Shown one piece after another: positions 9,363 to 20,243 of a stretch of DNA of 64,000 nt. The notes beneath the pieces are model-generated. The model ran no database searches, had not been told where the DNA came from, and saw only the letters and a program-made list of their open reading frames with translations. Each line of letters begins with the position of its first letter. Positions within the stretch are counted from its first letter, which is position 1. This DNA is from an uncultured Gammaproteobacteria bacterium (lineage in GTDB: Bacteria; Patescibacteriota; Patescibacteriia; Magasanikbacterales; UBA922), in the NCBI GenBank assembly GCA_964566225.1, contig CAZMHV010000004.1, forward strand, positions 248 to 64,247, read 5' to 3'. The position numbers and the translations under genes are program-made.

Positions 9363-10751
9363 TTAGGCAACTCGTTTACTTTTTGTGAAGAAACTTGAAG
9401 GGTTTGTTGTTTTTTGAGTGGGGGGTGAAGGAAGCTGGTAGTGCTTTTGTTTATGAAGTTCTGTACGTCGACGAAGAAATTCAAGATAGAGTGTTTGAAA
9501 AATTTTGGCTTCTTTGGTATTGGACTTCAAGAGTTTTTGAGCTTGTTTTTCTTGTTGGGGTACAAAAGCTCCGCTATTTTCAATATCAATATGAAATATT
9601 TTTTTCATGTAGTTTCGTAGGGTATAAATATCCATTGATTTTGTTTTTTCAAGAAATGAATCAAGTTCTTCTTGTTGTTGAGCGGCTTGCTCTGCCTTGC
9701 GATCTACCCGGTTGGCAAAGTATTCAGAAATAGAACTCAAAGGCCAAAAAGTTTTTTTGAGAACAGGAAGAGATACGGTTTTTGTTGGAGGCAGATCATC
9801 AAACCAGGCGTCTTCATCTGACGTAGTTTGCTCTCGGGGGGGTGTTTGTTTGGGAGAAACTTCTGGGTGAAGAGCTCTTGGTGGTAAAGGTTTTGAATCT
9901 ACTTGTGAGGGTCCTTGTTGTGATGAACCCTCTTCAGGTTTGGTGATTTTGAGCGCAGGGAGTTCTTGGGTAAGAAATTGTGATGTCCAATCGTCAACGA
10001 GTCCTAAAAATCTATGGGCAATTTCGTCACACTTGGTATAATTTTGTTGCATGAGATATTTTTCTCCTTCTGCAATGAGATTTAAAATTTGTTGTTTTTG
10101 GTGTGGTAAAAATTTGTTTTCAAATTTTTCTTGGAGATCCATTTTTGCGAGTGCAAGTTTTACATTTGATTCAAATTGTTCTTGGTGTATTTGGTGAAAA
10201 TGAAGCTCTTTTGATTTGAGCGAGTTAAGTAATTCTTGAGATTTGGTGAGTGCAAACTCAAATTCTTGGTGTTCAATGTTTTCATACAGAGAAGCAATCT
10301 CCCTTGTAAGACTGGTCATTTGTTCGGGTGAAAGACCTATGGGTTTGTTTTTGAGGAGTTCAATTTCACCAAGAATAAGGGTAATGGATTCAAGTGGTAT
10401 GCGAGGTGTTTCTTGTGTGTCTGTCTTTTTTGGGGAGTCTTGTTTGAGTGCAATAGCTGACTCTAATGTTTCGTAGCGAACGCCGTTCTGTAGCCACTTA
10501 CGGAGCTGTGGATTGTTTGGATTGATTTGTCCTTGTTGAATATATGTATCAATATTATCTTGCATTCCTGATCTCTCGTCGATTGTTTCAAGGTCAATAT
10601 TATTTTCTAGCAAAAGATTCACAAATTCATCGCTGAGTTGTGTATATAAATCTGTACGTAATTGCAAAAGTTCTTGAAGGGGTTTTTGGTTGAACTCTCG
10701 AATTGCATCTTGTACTGTGGGGACTTCACGTCGCCCGGCAGCTTCTGCCAT
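9363..10751 (-). CDS. Hypothetical helical/low-complexity protein
   Basis: 462-aa ORF, Q/E/K-rich with a Pro-rich linker; no family recognised. Confidence 0.75.
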   Translation of the reverse strand: MAEAAGRREVPTVQDAIREFNQKPLQELLQLRTDLYTQLSDEFVNLLLENNIDLETIDERSGMQDNIDTYIQQGQINPNNPQLRKWLQNGVRYETLESAIALKQDSPKKTDTQETPRIPLESITLILGEIELLKNKPIGLSPEQMTSLTREIASLYENIEHQEFEFALTKSQELLNSLKSKELHFHQIHQEQFESNVKLALAKMDLQEKFENKFLPHQKQQILNLIAEGEKYLMQQNYTKCDEIAHRFLGLVDDWTSQFLTQELPALKITKPEEGSSQQGPSQVDSKPLPPRALHPEVSPKQTPPREQTTSDEDAWFDDLPPTKTVSLPVLKKTFWPLSSISEYFANRVDRKAEQAAQQQEELDSFLEKTKSMDIYTLRNYMKKIFHIDIENSGAFVPQQEKQAQKLLKSNTKEAKIFQTLYLEFLRRRTELHKQKHYQLPSPPTQKTTNPSSFFTKSKRVA

Positions 10752-10762
10752 AGAAGAGAAAA

Positions 10763-12556
10763 TTAGTGAACACGCAGGGTAATACTCGCTTTTCCTGTAT
10801 TTTCAGGATCTTGGAGTGCTTCTTTGACACTGCGAAATGGAATTTTGGTAATTCCGTGGGATTTATAGAGTTTCATGTATTCTTTTGAAACTGCTTGCTT
10901 TAGAAAGTCAGGATTTGTTTTCATTTCTTTTTTGAGTACGGCGTCAGTCAATTTTTGAGCTTCTTTGAGTCCTACTCCAGTTTTTATATCAAGGTTATTG
11001 AAGTTGGCAACTTGACGGACTATCGCATCATAAAAATTTCCAGTTCTGCCTGCATTTGTAATGGTAACGGTTTTTTCTGCTGTTTCTTCTCTTTTGGGAA
11101 CTTTTGGCTCTATTTTTTTGCCAGAAGCACTTTGTTCATATTTATCAAAAATAGTGGTACGAGAAGATGTTTGAGGGAGCATATCGGCAAGTGCATCACT
11201 ATCGTCTTCTGCTTGTTCGCGAACAGCTTCTGTGTTTTTTCGTATTTCTTTTAAGGTGGCCTTTACGTCTTGTGTATTGTTTTCATTTGAAGGAGGTGTG
11301 GTTGTCTCGTCAGCAAGTGATGAGGTTTTACTAATTGGGCGTTCTGTTTGTGTTCGGGGTGTTTCTTCGGTAAGGGATTTTTGATGTGCTCTACTGTCTG
11401 GGTTTTTCCCGGCTCTTTTGAGCACATCTTCGATCACACTTTCATTTGGGTCTCCAAGTAAATTTTTAAGAGCTTCTTTGTTTGGGGCTGTTTTCACTGA
11501 AATAACTTCTCCTTTGGTCATGGCATCAACTTTGCCGTTGACAATTTTGTATATTCTTTGTGGAACACCTTCAAAACTTACCGTGAGAAAATCTTTGCCA
11601 TTGGAATCTCGGAAAGCTTCTACGGTGGTGGCACGGTTGAGTTTGGCAACAGTATTTTTGGAGTTATTTGTGAGGTTTTCAAAGCCTTGTAAGTATTTGG
11701 CAGGTACTGTATCACCAAGTTGAAAATCTACGACTGCTTCAAGGTTAGCTTCTTGAGCATCAAGGCCTTTTTCCCCGTGCATTTCAAAATCTACAAAAGG
11801 TGAATCAACACTACTTGGGGCACTTTCATTGGATAATCTTTGTGCCATTTCATCAATATTTGATTGCATCTGGTCATGAGCTTGGGACTCTTGTGAATGT
11901 GCAAAAGCACCTGCAACAGCTCCTCCCACCAAAGCTCCTGCTACCATGGCAGTACGGGGCATGCGATCTTTGCTTCGAGGTTTGGGTTGATGGTGAAAGA
12001 GGTTGACTGCTGCCTCATAACGAGATTTGAAGTCAGGATTTGTCTTCAACAGCATTTCAAAACGTTTTTTGTTTTTGTCAAACAATCCAAAGACTCCTCC
12101 GCGAGGAAGGGTTCCATCGGGGTTTATTTTTACGTTAAATTCAATAGCCAGAGTTGTACAGTTATCAGGTTCCAAATAAATTTCTTGAGACAGATCTGCC
12201 CATTGGTCTATGGGGAGGCTTCTATGAAATTCGTTTATTTCTGAAGCTCGAAGAGCTTGTTGTCGAGCTGTTGCTATTGCTTCTTGGTCGAAAAAGTTTT
12301 CGATTGATTCAAGAGGTTCGTCGTCTTCAATAGTTCTGGTTCGTCTCTCTTGTAATCTTGCCTCCTTAGGAATCGGTGGAGTATCGTTGAGTTCTGTATA
12401 TTCGTCACCTGTTCGTACACTCAAAAATGGAGGGATTTCGCCACTGTCTTCAGGGAGTGGACTCTGATTATGGTGGAGAGGGCTTATATCTCTGGCAAAA
12501 TTATGTGGTGATGGCATTCGTATAGCACGAAACTCATCGGTGGATCCATCTCTCAT
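10763..12556 (-). CDS. Hypothetical protein with one central TM segment
   Basis: About 600-aa ORF; AMVAGALVGGAVAGAFA hydrophobic stretch; start uncertain (12586 or 12556). Confidence 0.7.
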   Translation of the reverse strand: MRDGSTDEFRAIRMPSPHNFARDISPLHHNQSPLPEDSGEIPPFLSVRTGDEYTELNDTPPIPKEARLQERRTRTIEDDEPLESIENFFDQEAIATARQQALRASEINEFHRSLPIDQWADLSQEIYLEPDNCTTLAIEFNVKINPDGTLPRGGVFGLFDKNKKRFEMLLKTNPDFKSRYEAAVNLFHHQPKPRSKDRMPRTAMVAGALVGGAVAGAFAHSQESQAHDQMQSNIDEMAQRLSNESAPSSVDSPFVDFEMHGEKGLDAQEANLEAVVDFQLGDTVPAKYLQGFENLTNNSKNTVAKLNRATTVEAFRDSNGKDFLTVSFEGVPQRIYKIVNGKVDAMTKGEVISVKTAPNKEALKNLLGDPNESVIEDVLKRAGKNPDSRAHQKSLTEETPRTQTERPISKTSSLADETTTPPSNENNTQDVKATLKEIRKNTEAVREQAEDDSDALADMLPQTSSRTTIFDKYEQSASGKKIEPKVPKREETAEKTVTITNAGRTGNFYDAIVRQVANFNNLDIKTGVGLKEAQKLTDAVLKKEMKTNPDFLKQAVSKEYMKLYKSHGITKIPFRSVKEALQDPENTGKASITLRVH

Positions 12557-12665
12557 AAAAAAAATTAAGATATATGATAAAGGCATTATACCATGTTTTG
12601 GGAGTGTCTACAAAAAATTTGTGACTTGATTTTTTTGGTTTTTTTGAGTAGACTACGCTCTCACT

Positions 12666-14012
12666 ATGGAAACAAAAACATTTACCTATCACATTATTAC
12701 TTTTGGCTGTCAAATGAATAAAAATGACTCAGAAAGAATAGAGTCTGTGTTTGGTGCACTCAAAATGGTACCAGCTCGCGGTGAAGAAGATGCTGACGTG
12801 ATTTTGATGAATAGTTGTTCGGTGCGTCAGAGTGCAGAGGACCGAATTTTTGGTTTTAGCCGCAGATTTGCTGAAATGAAAAAAAATCGGCCTGGGCTAA
12901 TTGTAGCGGTAACGGGTTGTATGCCTGGGCGAGATAAGGATGGAAAATTTCGTGAAAAGTTGGAGGGGATTGATTTGTATTTTCCGACCAAAGACATGAT
13001 GCAGCTGCCCAAGTGGCTTTCTGAGTTAAACCCAGCTATTTCTCCAATGGAAAATTTGGATGAGCATTATTTTTCACTTCGACCCACTTTGCAAAAGAAG
13101 TATCAGGCCTTTGTTACTGTGCAGACCGGGTGTAATCACTTTTGTACGTATTGTGTGGTGCCGTTTTCACGTGGACTTGAAGTAAATCGATCTCTGCGTC
13201 AGATTTTGGACGAAGTAAAAAGTCTGGCAGAGGATGGTTGTGTTGAGATAACTTTGCTCGGACAAATTGTGAATCATTATGTGGCACCTGATCCGGAACA
13301 TTTTTCTCTTGAGAATCCCTATACCAAAAGTGATTTTGCCAAGCTTTTGTGGGAGTTGAACCAAGTGCCAGGCATTGACCGCATTCACTGGACTGCGCCG
13401 CACCCTATTTATATGACCGAAGAGGTGATTGATGCACTTACGTTGCCCAAGCAAGTGAATTTTTTGCATTTGCCTGTGCAGTCTGGAAATGACGAAGTAC
13501 TGCGACGTATGAATCGACGTCACAAACGGGATTTTTATATAGATTTGGTGAAACGAATTCGTGAAAAAAAACCTGATATTGCTTTGGCAACAGATATTAT
13601 TGTTGGGTTTTGTGGAGAAACCGAGGAGCAGTTTGAAGATACGGTTGATTTGTACAAGCAGTGTGACTTTGATATCTCTTACACTGCACAGTACTCTACT
13701 CGCTCTGGAACGCTTGCTGTAAAGGCATTTACCGATGATGTAAGTAAAGAAGAAAAAAAACGCCGTTGGTGGGTATTGCAGAGTCTGATGGAAGAAATTA
13801 CTGTACGAAAAAATCAGCAGTATGTGGGGCAAAATGTGTCTGTACTTATAGAGAAGTCAGATGGTGTATGGTGTGAGGGGAACTCACGTGAAATGAAGCG
13901 GGTTCGTGTGAAGGGGAATGAAAGTTTGGTAGGAAAGATAGTCGAGGCCGAGGTATACAAGGCAGACTTGTGGATGCTGTTTGGACGTAGGGGTGTTGAG
14001 GATAGTCAATAA
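12666..14012 (+). CDS. miaB: tRNA-2-methylthio-N6-dimethylallyladenosine synthase
   Basis: TFGCQMN..DSE, NSCSVR..AE, radical SAM GCNHFCTYC, HLPVQSG, TDIIVGF.GET, C-terminal TRAM. Confidence 0.95.
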   Translation: METKTFTYHIITFGCQMNKNDSERIESVFGALKMVPARGEEDADVILMNSCSVRQSAEDRIFGFSRRFAEMKKNRPGLIVAVTGCMPGRDKDGKFREKLEGIDLYFPTKDMMQLPKWLSELNPAISPMENLDEHYFSLRPTLQKKYQAFVTVQTGCNHFCTYCVVPFSRGLEVNRSLRQILDEVKSLAEDGCVEITLLGQIVNHYVAPDPEHFSLENPYTKSDFAKLLWELNQVPGIDRIHWTAPHPIYMTEEVIDALTLPKQVNFLHLPVQSGNDEVLRRMNRRHKRDFYIDLVKRIREKKPDIALATDIIVGFCGETEEQFEDTVDLYKQCDFDISYTAQYSTRSGTLAVKAFTDDVSKEEKKRRWWVLQSLMEEITVRKNQQYVGQNVSVLIEKSDGVWCEGNSREMKRVRVKGNESLVGKIVEAEVYKADLWMLFGRRGVEDSQ

Positions 14013-14044
14013 AAAAACCGTGAGCAAGGGCTTACGGTTTTTTT
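14011..14044. terminator. Bidirectional intrinsic terminator
   Basis: AAAAAAACCGTGAGC-AAGG-GCTTACGGTTTTTT between convergent genes. Confidence 0.8.
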
Positions 14045-17000
14045 ATGGTACTCACGTTTTGGAGAAGTTTTTCAAGAGCCATCCATGTCTGAACTGTGGC
14101 GTTGCTTCGGACCTGTCGGTTTTTTGTTCGTTCTCGGTTTTCTCCTAAAAGAGATGTTATTTTTTCAAAAATTCCAGGAGGTTTTTCGGCCATGGCCGCA
14201 TGAATATCTCGGATAGAAATATTTTGGGCTTCAAGATCTTGTGCTACTTGCACACGCTCATTTTGAACGGCTGCTTCCAGTGTGAGGTGAGGATCCTCAA
14301 ACAGTGCTTGCATAATGTGTGGAGGTATTTGAGCATATTCTGTTTCACTGAGTACTTTGAGAAGTTGTGTACGAAATTCTTTTTGAAAAACCTGGACATC
14401 TTTGAGTGGACGACGTTGGTTGGTTCTTTCAAGTGCGTCAATCATGAATGCGTGTTGTGAAGAAAAAAAGACTTCGTCAATTTTTCGAATAGCACTCATA
14501 AAATTTCGAGAAACTGGATGGTTTGGTTCTTGGGCATCAAAAATTTCTTGTTGAAAAAGATGTTCGTTTGGATCTCCTTTTTTGAGGTGACTTCGTATAT
14601 CATCAAGAATTTTAATAAGGGCTGCTTGCTCTTTGCCGGTTATATGTACAATGATGTTCAAGAAGTACTCTCGGAGAGGCTCAAATTTATCTTCAAAAGC
14701 AGAAAGTACTTGAGGTTGAACGATTTTTCTTTCGATTTGTATTGGAAGATGGTCAACTTTCTCACGGACTGGAATTTTTGCTTGTAATCTTTTTTCACCT
14801 TGAGTGTATAAATAATCCACTTGTTGTCGAAATGTATTGAAGTATTCTGTCTGATTGGTGGTATCTGTGTGGTCTGCCAAAAAGTCCGCAAGAGTAGCAA
14901 GAAGGTCTCCAATAGAAGTGGTTCGTCGCATATGGGCACTTAAGGCTGAGAGCGCTCTTCTTTCTGCTGTTGTCAGATGTTCGCTTGAGTGGAGTGATGC
15001 TGCAATTGTTTCTTGGCTTATGTCGTTGATACGAGCCCTCAGTTGTTTTACTTCTGGTGAAGTTTCTCTTGAAATAGTTTCAACTGGTTCTGGTTCAACT
15101 GGTTTTATTTGGGGAGTCTTATCAATCTGTTTTCGATCAAAAAGTTCTACCATACCCAAAACAGCAGCCTGTAGATGTGAAAAATGGGTACTCGTAATGG
15201 GTTCGTGAAAGTTTCGAAAAATATTTCCAATATGAACCAATGTTTGTTCTTCATCTGCGGCGGTGTCGTTTTCGAGAAGTCGGAGCGTTTGTTCAATAAG
15301 TGTTGTTTCTGCATCGGTAAAGTTTGTCGTATGAAGTTCGTTTCGTACACGTCGAAATTCTCTTTCGAGTAAGGTATGGAGTTCTCGTCGTGGACCAATG
15401 TGAGCGTCTCGGTGAGGATAGTAGTCAGTTTCTGGAAGCACTGGTGAAAGTGGTGTAGTAACTCTGTCTGATCCGTAGTGAAATTCTTGGGTATGTGTTA
15501 TCGATGAAATAGGGTCTGAAACAGCTTCTGTCTCGGGTGTAAATTTTTGGTAAATATCTTCTAAAAATTCAAGAAATTCTGTTGAAAAATGTTCTCTTCC
15601 AGAATTATTTACATACATTTTAATGGTTTCGTAATAATCAAGCATCGCCTCTGCTTGTTTTTGGGGATCTGATGCAAAGTCTTGTTCTGTGAGAGCAAAG
15701 TTTGTTTGGATCTCTGCTTCTACACTTTCAAATGTATTTTCTGATGGAGTGGGTGTCTCTTGTTCTGTTAGTGATATTTGAATCGGAGAACCAGAAATTT
15801 CGGGCATTTTGTCTGTATCTGGTGTACCAACTTCTGTCGGTGAATCCAAAAGATCCGGAAACTCTCCATAGAGGGTAAGTTCTGGGTTTTCTTCAAAAGG
15901 TGAAAGATCTGGGTAAAGTTCTCGTAGTCGTACGATCTCACCCGTAGCTCGATCGGGGTCTGCATTTTTTGCTTTGGGAGTGAGTGCAATACCGTGTTCG
16001 TCTGTTGGATGAAAACTTGAATCTACATAGTGATCTTCAGTATAGAGCGGGATCAGTTCTACATCTTCTTGTCCTTTGCGACTGCCATGTTGTATTTCGA
16101 TATTTTTTTTATGATAGGTTCTCCCAAAAATAGGTTTTCCATTTTGGAAAGATCCTTTAAAAACAAGATTTTTTCTATCAATACGTGCTACGCAATTTTC
16201 TCCATGAGGGAGATAATTTTCATCAACAGGTCCTTCAACAACAACAATGTCTCCATGCTCGTTGAGGTATTCTACGGATGCATCAGATCCTATTTCACCG
16301 TGCAAAAATTCAGCATCTACGGTATAGTGAGATGTTCCACGAACTACGAGTTCTCTATCTTTGATAAATGCTTTTGTGAGAGTCACTGTGGCTCTATCTT
16401 TTACATAGCAGAGAACTTCTTTCTGACCTTCCTCTGTTTGTTTTTTAATATATTCAAGTTTTCCATGATTGTGATATCTTCCATCTTCGTCAACTCTACC
16501 AAAGTATACACCTTTGGTTCCATTTGGTGTTTCAAATGAAATTTTTATTTTGCCGAGATCTTGACTGGCCTTGGTTTCCTGTATCGTTTTTAGCTTAGCC
16601 TCTTCTACCGCGTCAAAATCATCCCAGCCTTCGTTGAAACGTCCAAATTCGTCTGTTGAAAGTCGTTCCAATACTGCGGGGTCCTGAAGATTAAAATTCT
16701 GTAGATTTACTCTTTGGCGAGGTGTAGGTTTAGGATCTGTTGGTTTATCAAAATTTAAATTTTCAGTAGCCTGAAGAAATCCTTGGAGAGAATCATCACT
16801 CATAGGGTTTTCTTCGGAAGAATCTGCTGGAGTGGGGGCGGCGGCAGTAGGTTCTTCTGGAGTTGGTTCGGTGATGACGGTTTCGTGTGGTGCGGCGAGA
16901 GGACTCTCTGGTTGAATTTCTGTGTTAGGCAGACTTTCTAAAGGGAGTGGTGTTACTGCTTGTCTAAGCGGCTCGCGAACGACGGGTTCAGCCAAAGTTT

Positions 17001-18465
17001 CTGGTGGGACGGGAGTATTTACTCGTTCAAGTGTTTCGTGAGCAATGGGTTCTACTGGAGCAACATCTTCAATTTGACCAACACGTGACCAATGAGGTCG
17101 TTCAAATGCTGTGACAGGAATTTCAGATAAAACTTTTGGCTCCTGTACGGGCTGAAGATTTTTTTGTAATCCATCAAGGAATGTTTTGAAGGCAAAAGAA
17201 CTCGTAGATTCTTCTTGAAAACGAGTAAGGTAGTAGAGAATTTGTTTTTCTTCTCTTTCAAAATTTTTGAAAGAGATAGCTTTGAAAATATTTTCAAGTA
17301 TAACAAATCTTCTTTTTTCAATAGGAGAAAAATTGGATGGGTCGGTCTCCTTTACATAGGTTTGAATCTTATTTTTCAATTCGTTAAAAGAAGCTTGTTG
17401 GTTGTGCTCTTTTTCGAGTAAATATTGAAATAAATTTTGTATATCAGTCAACAGTGTATTTTTTACTCGGTCAAAGTCTTTTCTTGTCACTGTGGAGCGT
17501 ATAATTTTTTGAGCTTCTGAAAGTACAAAAAAGGGAGACTGTGAAGTCGGTGTACGCAAAAGTTTAAGGAGTTCTAGGAGCATCTTTTTTTCTTCGAGTT
17601 GAAGCTCTGGATTTTTGCGAGGAAAAAAATCTACGTAATTCTGTTCAAAATTTTTGAGCAAGTCAATGAGATCTTGAATTGATATCAGATCATGCACCAT
17701 TGGTTCGGGTGCGGTTTCTTCAAGTGGTGCAACCGGGAGGTTGTCCGGTACTTGTCCAAGGGGTTCTTTGGAAAGATCTCTCTCTAGGCGCGTCTGTTCA
17801 GGGGAAACAGTCGCTGGTGCTGCAATATTTTGGTTAACATTTTCAAGAAAATTTTGATAGGCTGCTGTCTTCGTATCTGTCTCTCGGAGAAGAGTGTTTA
17901 CATGATTGACAAATTCATTTTTTTTGTTATTTTGGTCTTTTTTGGTCCATGGACTACTCAAAAGAGCATACAGCAGTTTAAATTTTCTTTTTTCGGTGAG
18001 AGTAAAGTGAGAAGTATCAACATTTTCAAAGAGTCGAATGATCCTTGGCTTAAAAAATTTATCTTCTATCACCGTGGGTATTTCAGGAGTCTTTGTGGGT
18101 GTTATTTGGGAGGTTTCATCACTACTTGACTCGGGTTGGTCAAAGTTAAAAAATGGATTTTTGAGACGGAGTATAAGCTCATCGTGTATAGGGTCCCATT
18201 GTATTTTTTGTGCAAGAGCAAGTGCTTCGGTAAGCGTATGGGTAGCTGTTTTTGTGTTGGCAGCACGCAAAAGTTCATTTATTTTGAAAAGTGTTTTTTT
18301 GTCTGCATCAGAAAGACCTTCTTCTGGCATGAGGTGATTTCTTTCAAAGTGGAGTGACGCCAAAAAATTGACAATACGGGCTATTGGCTTCGGAACTTCT
18401 TTTTTTGCTTCAGGTATTTGGATATCTCTGTCTTGTGAGCGACTATCCAATTTTTTCGCAAACAT
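14032..18465 (-). CDS. Large hypothetical protein (1477 aa) with central MORN-like beta region
   Basis: Uninterrupted ORF; repeated helical blocks (F...EKR.F..L) and P/E/T-rich linkers; YFGRVDEDGRYHNHG, EGPVDENYLPHG, FKGSFQNGKPIFG resemble MORN repeats. Confidence 0.75.
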   Translation of the reverse strand: MFAKKLDSRSQDRDIQIPEAKKEVPKPIARIVNFLASLHFERNHLMPEEGLSDADKKTLFKINELLRAANTKTATHTLTEALALAQKIQWDPIHDELILRLKNPFFNFDQPESSSDETSQITPTKTPEIPTVIEDKFFKPRIIRLFENVDTSHFTLTEKRKFKLLYALLSSPWTKKDQNNKKNEFVNHVNTLLRETDTKTAAYQNFLENVNQNIAAPATVSPEQTRLERDLSKEPLGQVPDNLPVAPLEETAPEPMVHDLISIQDLIDLLKNFEQNYVDFFPRKNPELQLEEKKMLLELLKLLRTPTSQSPFFVLSEAQKIIRSTVTRKDFDRVKNTLLTDIQNLFQYLLEKEHNQQASFNELKNKIQTYVKETDPSNFSPIEKRRFVILENIFKAISFKNFEREEKQILYYLTRFQEESTSSFAFKTFLDGLQKNLQPVQEPKVLSEIPVTAFERPHWSRVGQIEDVAPVEPIAHETLERVNTPVPPETLAEPVVREPLRQAVTPLPLESLPNTEIQPESPLAAPHETVITEPTPEEPTAAAPTPADSSEENPMSDDSLQGFLQATENLNFDKPTDPKPTPRQRVNLQNFNLQDPAVLERLSTDEFGRFNEGWDDFDAVEEAKLKTIQETKASQDLGKIKISFETPNGTKGVYFGRVDEDGRYHNHGKLEYIKKQTEEGQKEVLCYVKDRATVTLTKAFIKDRELVVRGTSHYTVDAEFLHGEIGSDASVEYLNEHGDIVVVEGPVDENYLPHGENCVARIDRKNLVFKGSFQNGKPIFGRTYHKKNIEIQHGSRKGQEDVELIPLYTEDHYVDSSFHPTDEHGIALTPKAKNADPDRATGEIVRLRELYPDLSPFEENPELTLYGEFPDLLDSPTEVGTPDTDKMPEISGSPIQISLTEQETPTPSENTFESVEAEIQTNFALTEQDFASDPQKQAEAMLDYYETIKMYVNNSGREHFSTEFLEFLEDIYQKFTPETEAVSDPISSITHTQEFHYGSDRVTTPLSPVLPETDYYPHRDAHIGPRRELHTLLEREFRRVRNELHTTNFTDAETTLIEQTLRLLENDTAADEEQTLVHIGNIFRNFHEPITSTHFSHLQAAVLGMVELFDRKQIDKTPQIKPVEPEPVETISRETSPEVKQLRARINDISQETIAASLHSSEHLTTAERRALSALSAHMRRTTSIGDLLATLADFLADHTDTTNQTEYFNTFRQQVDYLYTQGEKRLQAKIPVREKVDHLPIQIERKIVQPQVLSAFEDKFEPLREYFLNIIVHITGKEQAALIKILDDIRSHLKKGDPNEHLFQQEIFDAQEPNHPVSRNFMSAIRKIDEVFFSSQHAFMIDALERTNQRRPLKDVQVFQKEFRTQLLKVLSETEYAQIPPHIMQALFEDPHLTLEAAVQNERVQVAQDLEAQNISIRDIHAAMAEKPPGIFEKITSLLGENRERTKNRQVRSNATVQTWMALEKLLQNVSTIKKP

Positions 18466-18564
18466 AGGGAATTATTTTGGTTGTAGTATATCATAAATAA
18501 TTATTTGGTAAAAGTATTTTTTTACTTGCTTTTTTGTGGGAGGGGAGTATGATATACTTCCATT

Positions 18565-19509
18565 ATGAATATTTCTCTGCCAAAAGTAATTGTACTCCTT
18601 GGACCAACTGCTTCAGGAAAAACTGACTGGGGTTTACGATTGGCAAAAAAATTTGGGGGTGAAATTATTGCTTCGGACTCTCGTCAAATTTATACAAAAA
18701 TGGATATTGGAACAGCCAAACCCAAGGGCGAGTGGCGATGGCATGCCAGTTGGAAAGGAATTCGAAAAACTTTTTATGTTGACGGTATTCCACATCACTT
18801 GGTAGATATTATCAATCCTGGAAAACGGTTTACTGCTGCTGAATTTAGAGATACTGCTGTAAAATATATCAAAATGACTCAGTTGAATGAGCATGTGCCA
18901 TTTGTGGTTGGGGGAACTGGTTTGTACAGTAGTGCGCTTATTGATAACTTTACGATTCCTCGCGTTCCTCCAAATACCAAACTTCGTGAGAGTTTGGAGA
19001 GTAAAAAAAATGAAGAACTTTTTTCATTGCTTTCTATTTTGGATCCAGAAGGAGCCAAAACTATTGATGCCCAAAACAAAAGACGACTTATTCGTGCCCT
19101 AGAAGTGTGTATTTTTACGGGAAAACCGTTTTCTTCTCAGAAAAAAAGAGGGGAACCTATGTTTCAATTTTTACAACTTGGTATTGATGTCCCACGTGAA
19201 GAACTCTATGCACGTATTGATGCACGTATTGATGTAATGGTTGAAACTGGCTTGGTTCATGAGGTGGAGGAGTTAGTGAAACGAAAGTATTCTTGGGATT
19301 TACCAAGTATGAGTGGTATTGGGTATCGGCAATTTCGTCCCTACGTAGAAGGGAAAGCTTCCCTTGCTGAATGTGTAGAAAATTTAAAACGAGATACCAG
19401 ACATTTTGCCAGAAGACAAATGACTTGGTTTCGCAGAGAAAAAAATATTGTGTGGTGTAAAAAGTATGAAGAAGCCGAAGAGTTGGTGGCTAATTTTTTA
19501 AAACAATAA
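18565..19509 (+). CDS. miaA: tRNA dimethylallyltransferase
   Basis: GPTASGKT, DSRQIY..MDIGTAKP, HHL.D, VGGTGLY, RR..RALEV, TR.FARRQ.TWF. Confidence 0.97.
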   Translation: MNISLPKVIVLLGPTASGKTDWGLRLAKKFGGEIIASDSRQIYTKMDIGTAKPKGEWRWHASWKGIRKTFYVDGIPHHLVDIINPGKRFTAAEFRDTAVKYIKMTQLNEHVPFVVGGTGLYSSALIDNFTIPRVPPNTKLRESLESKKNEELFSLLSILDPEGAKTIDAQNKRRLIRALEVCIFTGKPFSSQKKRGEPMFQFLQLGIDVPREELYARIDARIDVMVETGLVHEVEELVKRKYSWDLPSMSGIGYRQFRPYVEGKASLAECVENLKRDTRHFARRQMTWFRREKNIVWCKKYEEAEELVANFLKQ

Positions 19510-19520
19510 ATTTTTTGTAT

Positions 19521-20210
19521 ATGGCCTCACCAAATTTACCTTTTAAATCATTTGGTTCCGCAAGTACTCCTTTACGACCAAGTATCAGTGCTGCCAGTGC
19601 TCGTGCACAAAATTTTAATGTTTCTAAACTCAATCAACAAACAGAGCGGGATGCATCGGCCGTTTCTATGAGTCAGGTGCTTGGGCGAAAAGCAGGACAA
19701 GAGAATTCTCGTTCCACTTCTGTGGCGCATATCGGACAGACTCTGTCTGCGGCTTCTACTTCGATTACTCATCCTGGTTCTGCCGTATCTATGAATGGTG
19801 GTGAGGGTCAAGATGCAGGGGCAGACAACCGCAGGTATGCGTATATGCGTAAACAAATCATGGCTCGTAAGGCAGAAGAAGCTGCTGCACTCAAAAAAGC
19901 AGCGATGGCCAAGAGTGGCTTGAATGTGGGTACAGGAGCCGCTCTACGAACAACGGGAACAGGGAGCGTGCACAAGGAACTCGGAAAAGAATTTCGAGGA
20001 CATCGTTCTACATATGGCACATTGAGTTCGAGTGAAAAAAAATTGGTCGAAGATACTATTGCGCAGCGGCTCAAATCAAAAACAACCGGGTCTGCGGTGA
20101 ATAGATATGACAAACTTGCTATGAAAAAGAAAATTAGTGATGCAAATCATGGTGGAGATGTAAGCTTTGGACATGCAAAAATTTTGAAAAAGATTGTTGA
20201 TAAACTTTAA
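19521..20210 (+). CDS. Hypothetical basic, Ser/Ala/Lys-rich protein
   Basis: About 229-aa ORF directly after miaA; disordered N-terminus, helical C-terminus. Confidence 0.7.
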   Translation: MASPNLPFKSFGSASTPLRPSISAASARAQNFNVSKLNQQTERDASAVSMSQVLGRKAGQENSRSTSVAHIGQTLSAASTSITHPGSAVSMNGGEGQDAGADNRRYAYMRKQIMARKAEEAAALKKAAMAKSGLNVGTGAALRTTGTGSVHKELGKEFRGHRSTYGTLSSSEKKLVEDTIAQRLKSKTTGSAVNRYDKLAMKKKISDANHGGDVSFGHAKILKKIVDKL

Positions 20211-20215
20211 AAAAT

Positions 20216-20242
20216 AAAACACCGGCTTTGAACCGGTGTTTT
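20216..20242. terminator. Bidirectional terminator ending the pyr operon
   Basis: AAAACACCGG-CTTTGAA-CCGGTGTTTT. Confidence 0.8.
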
Positions 20243-20243
20243 G

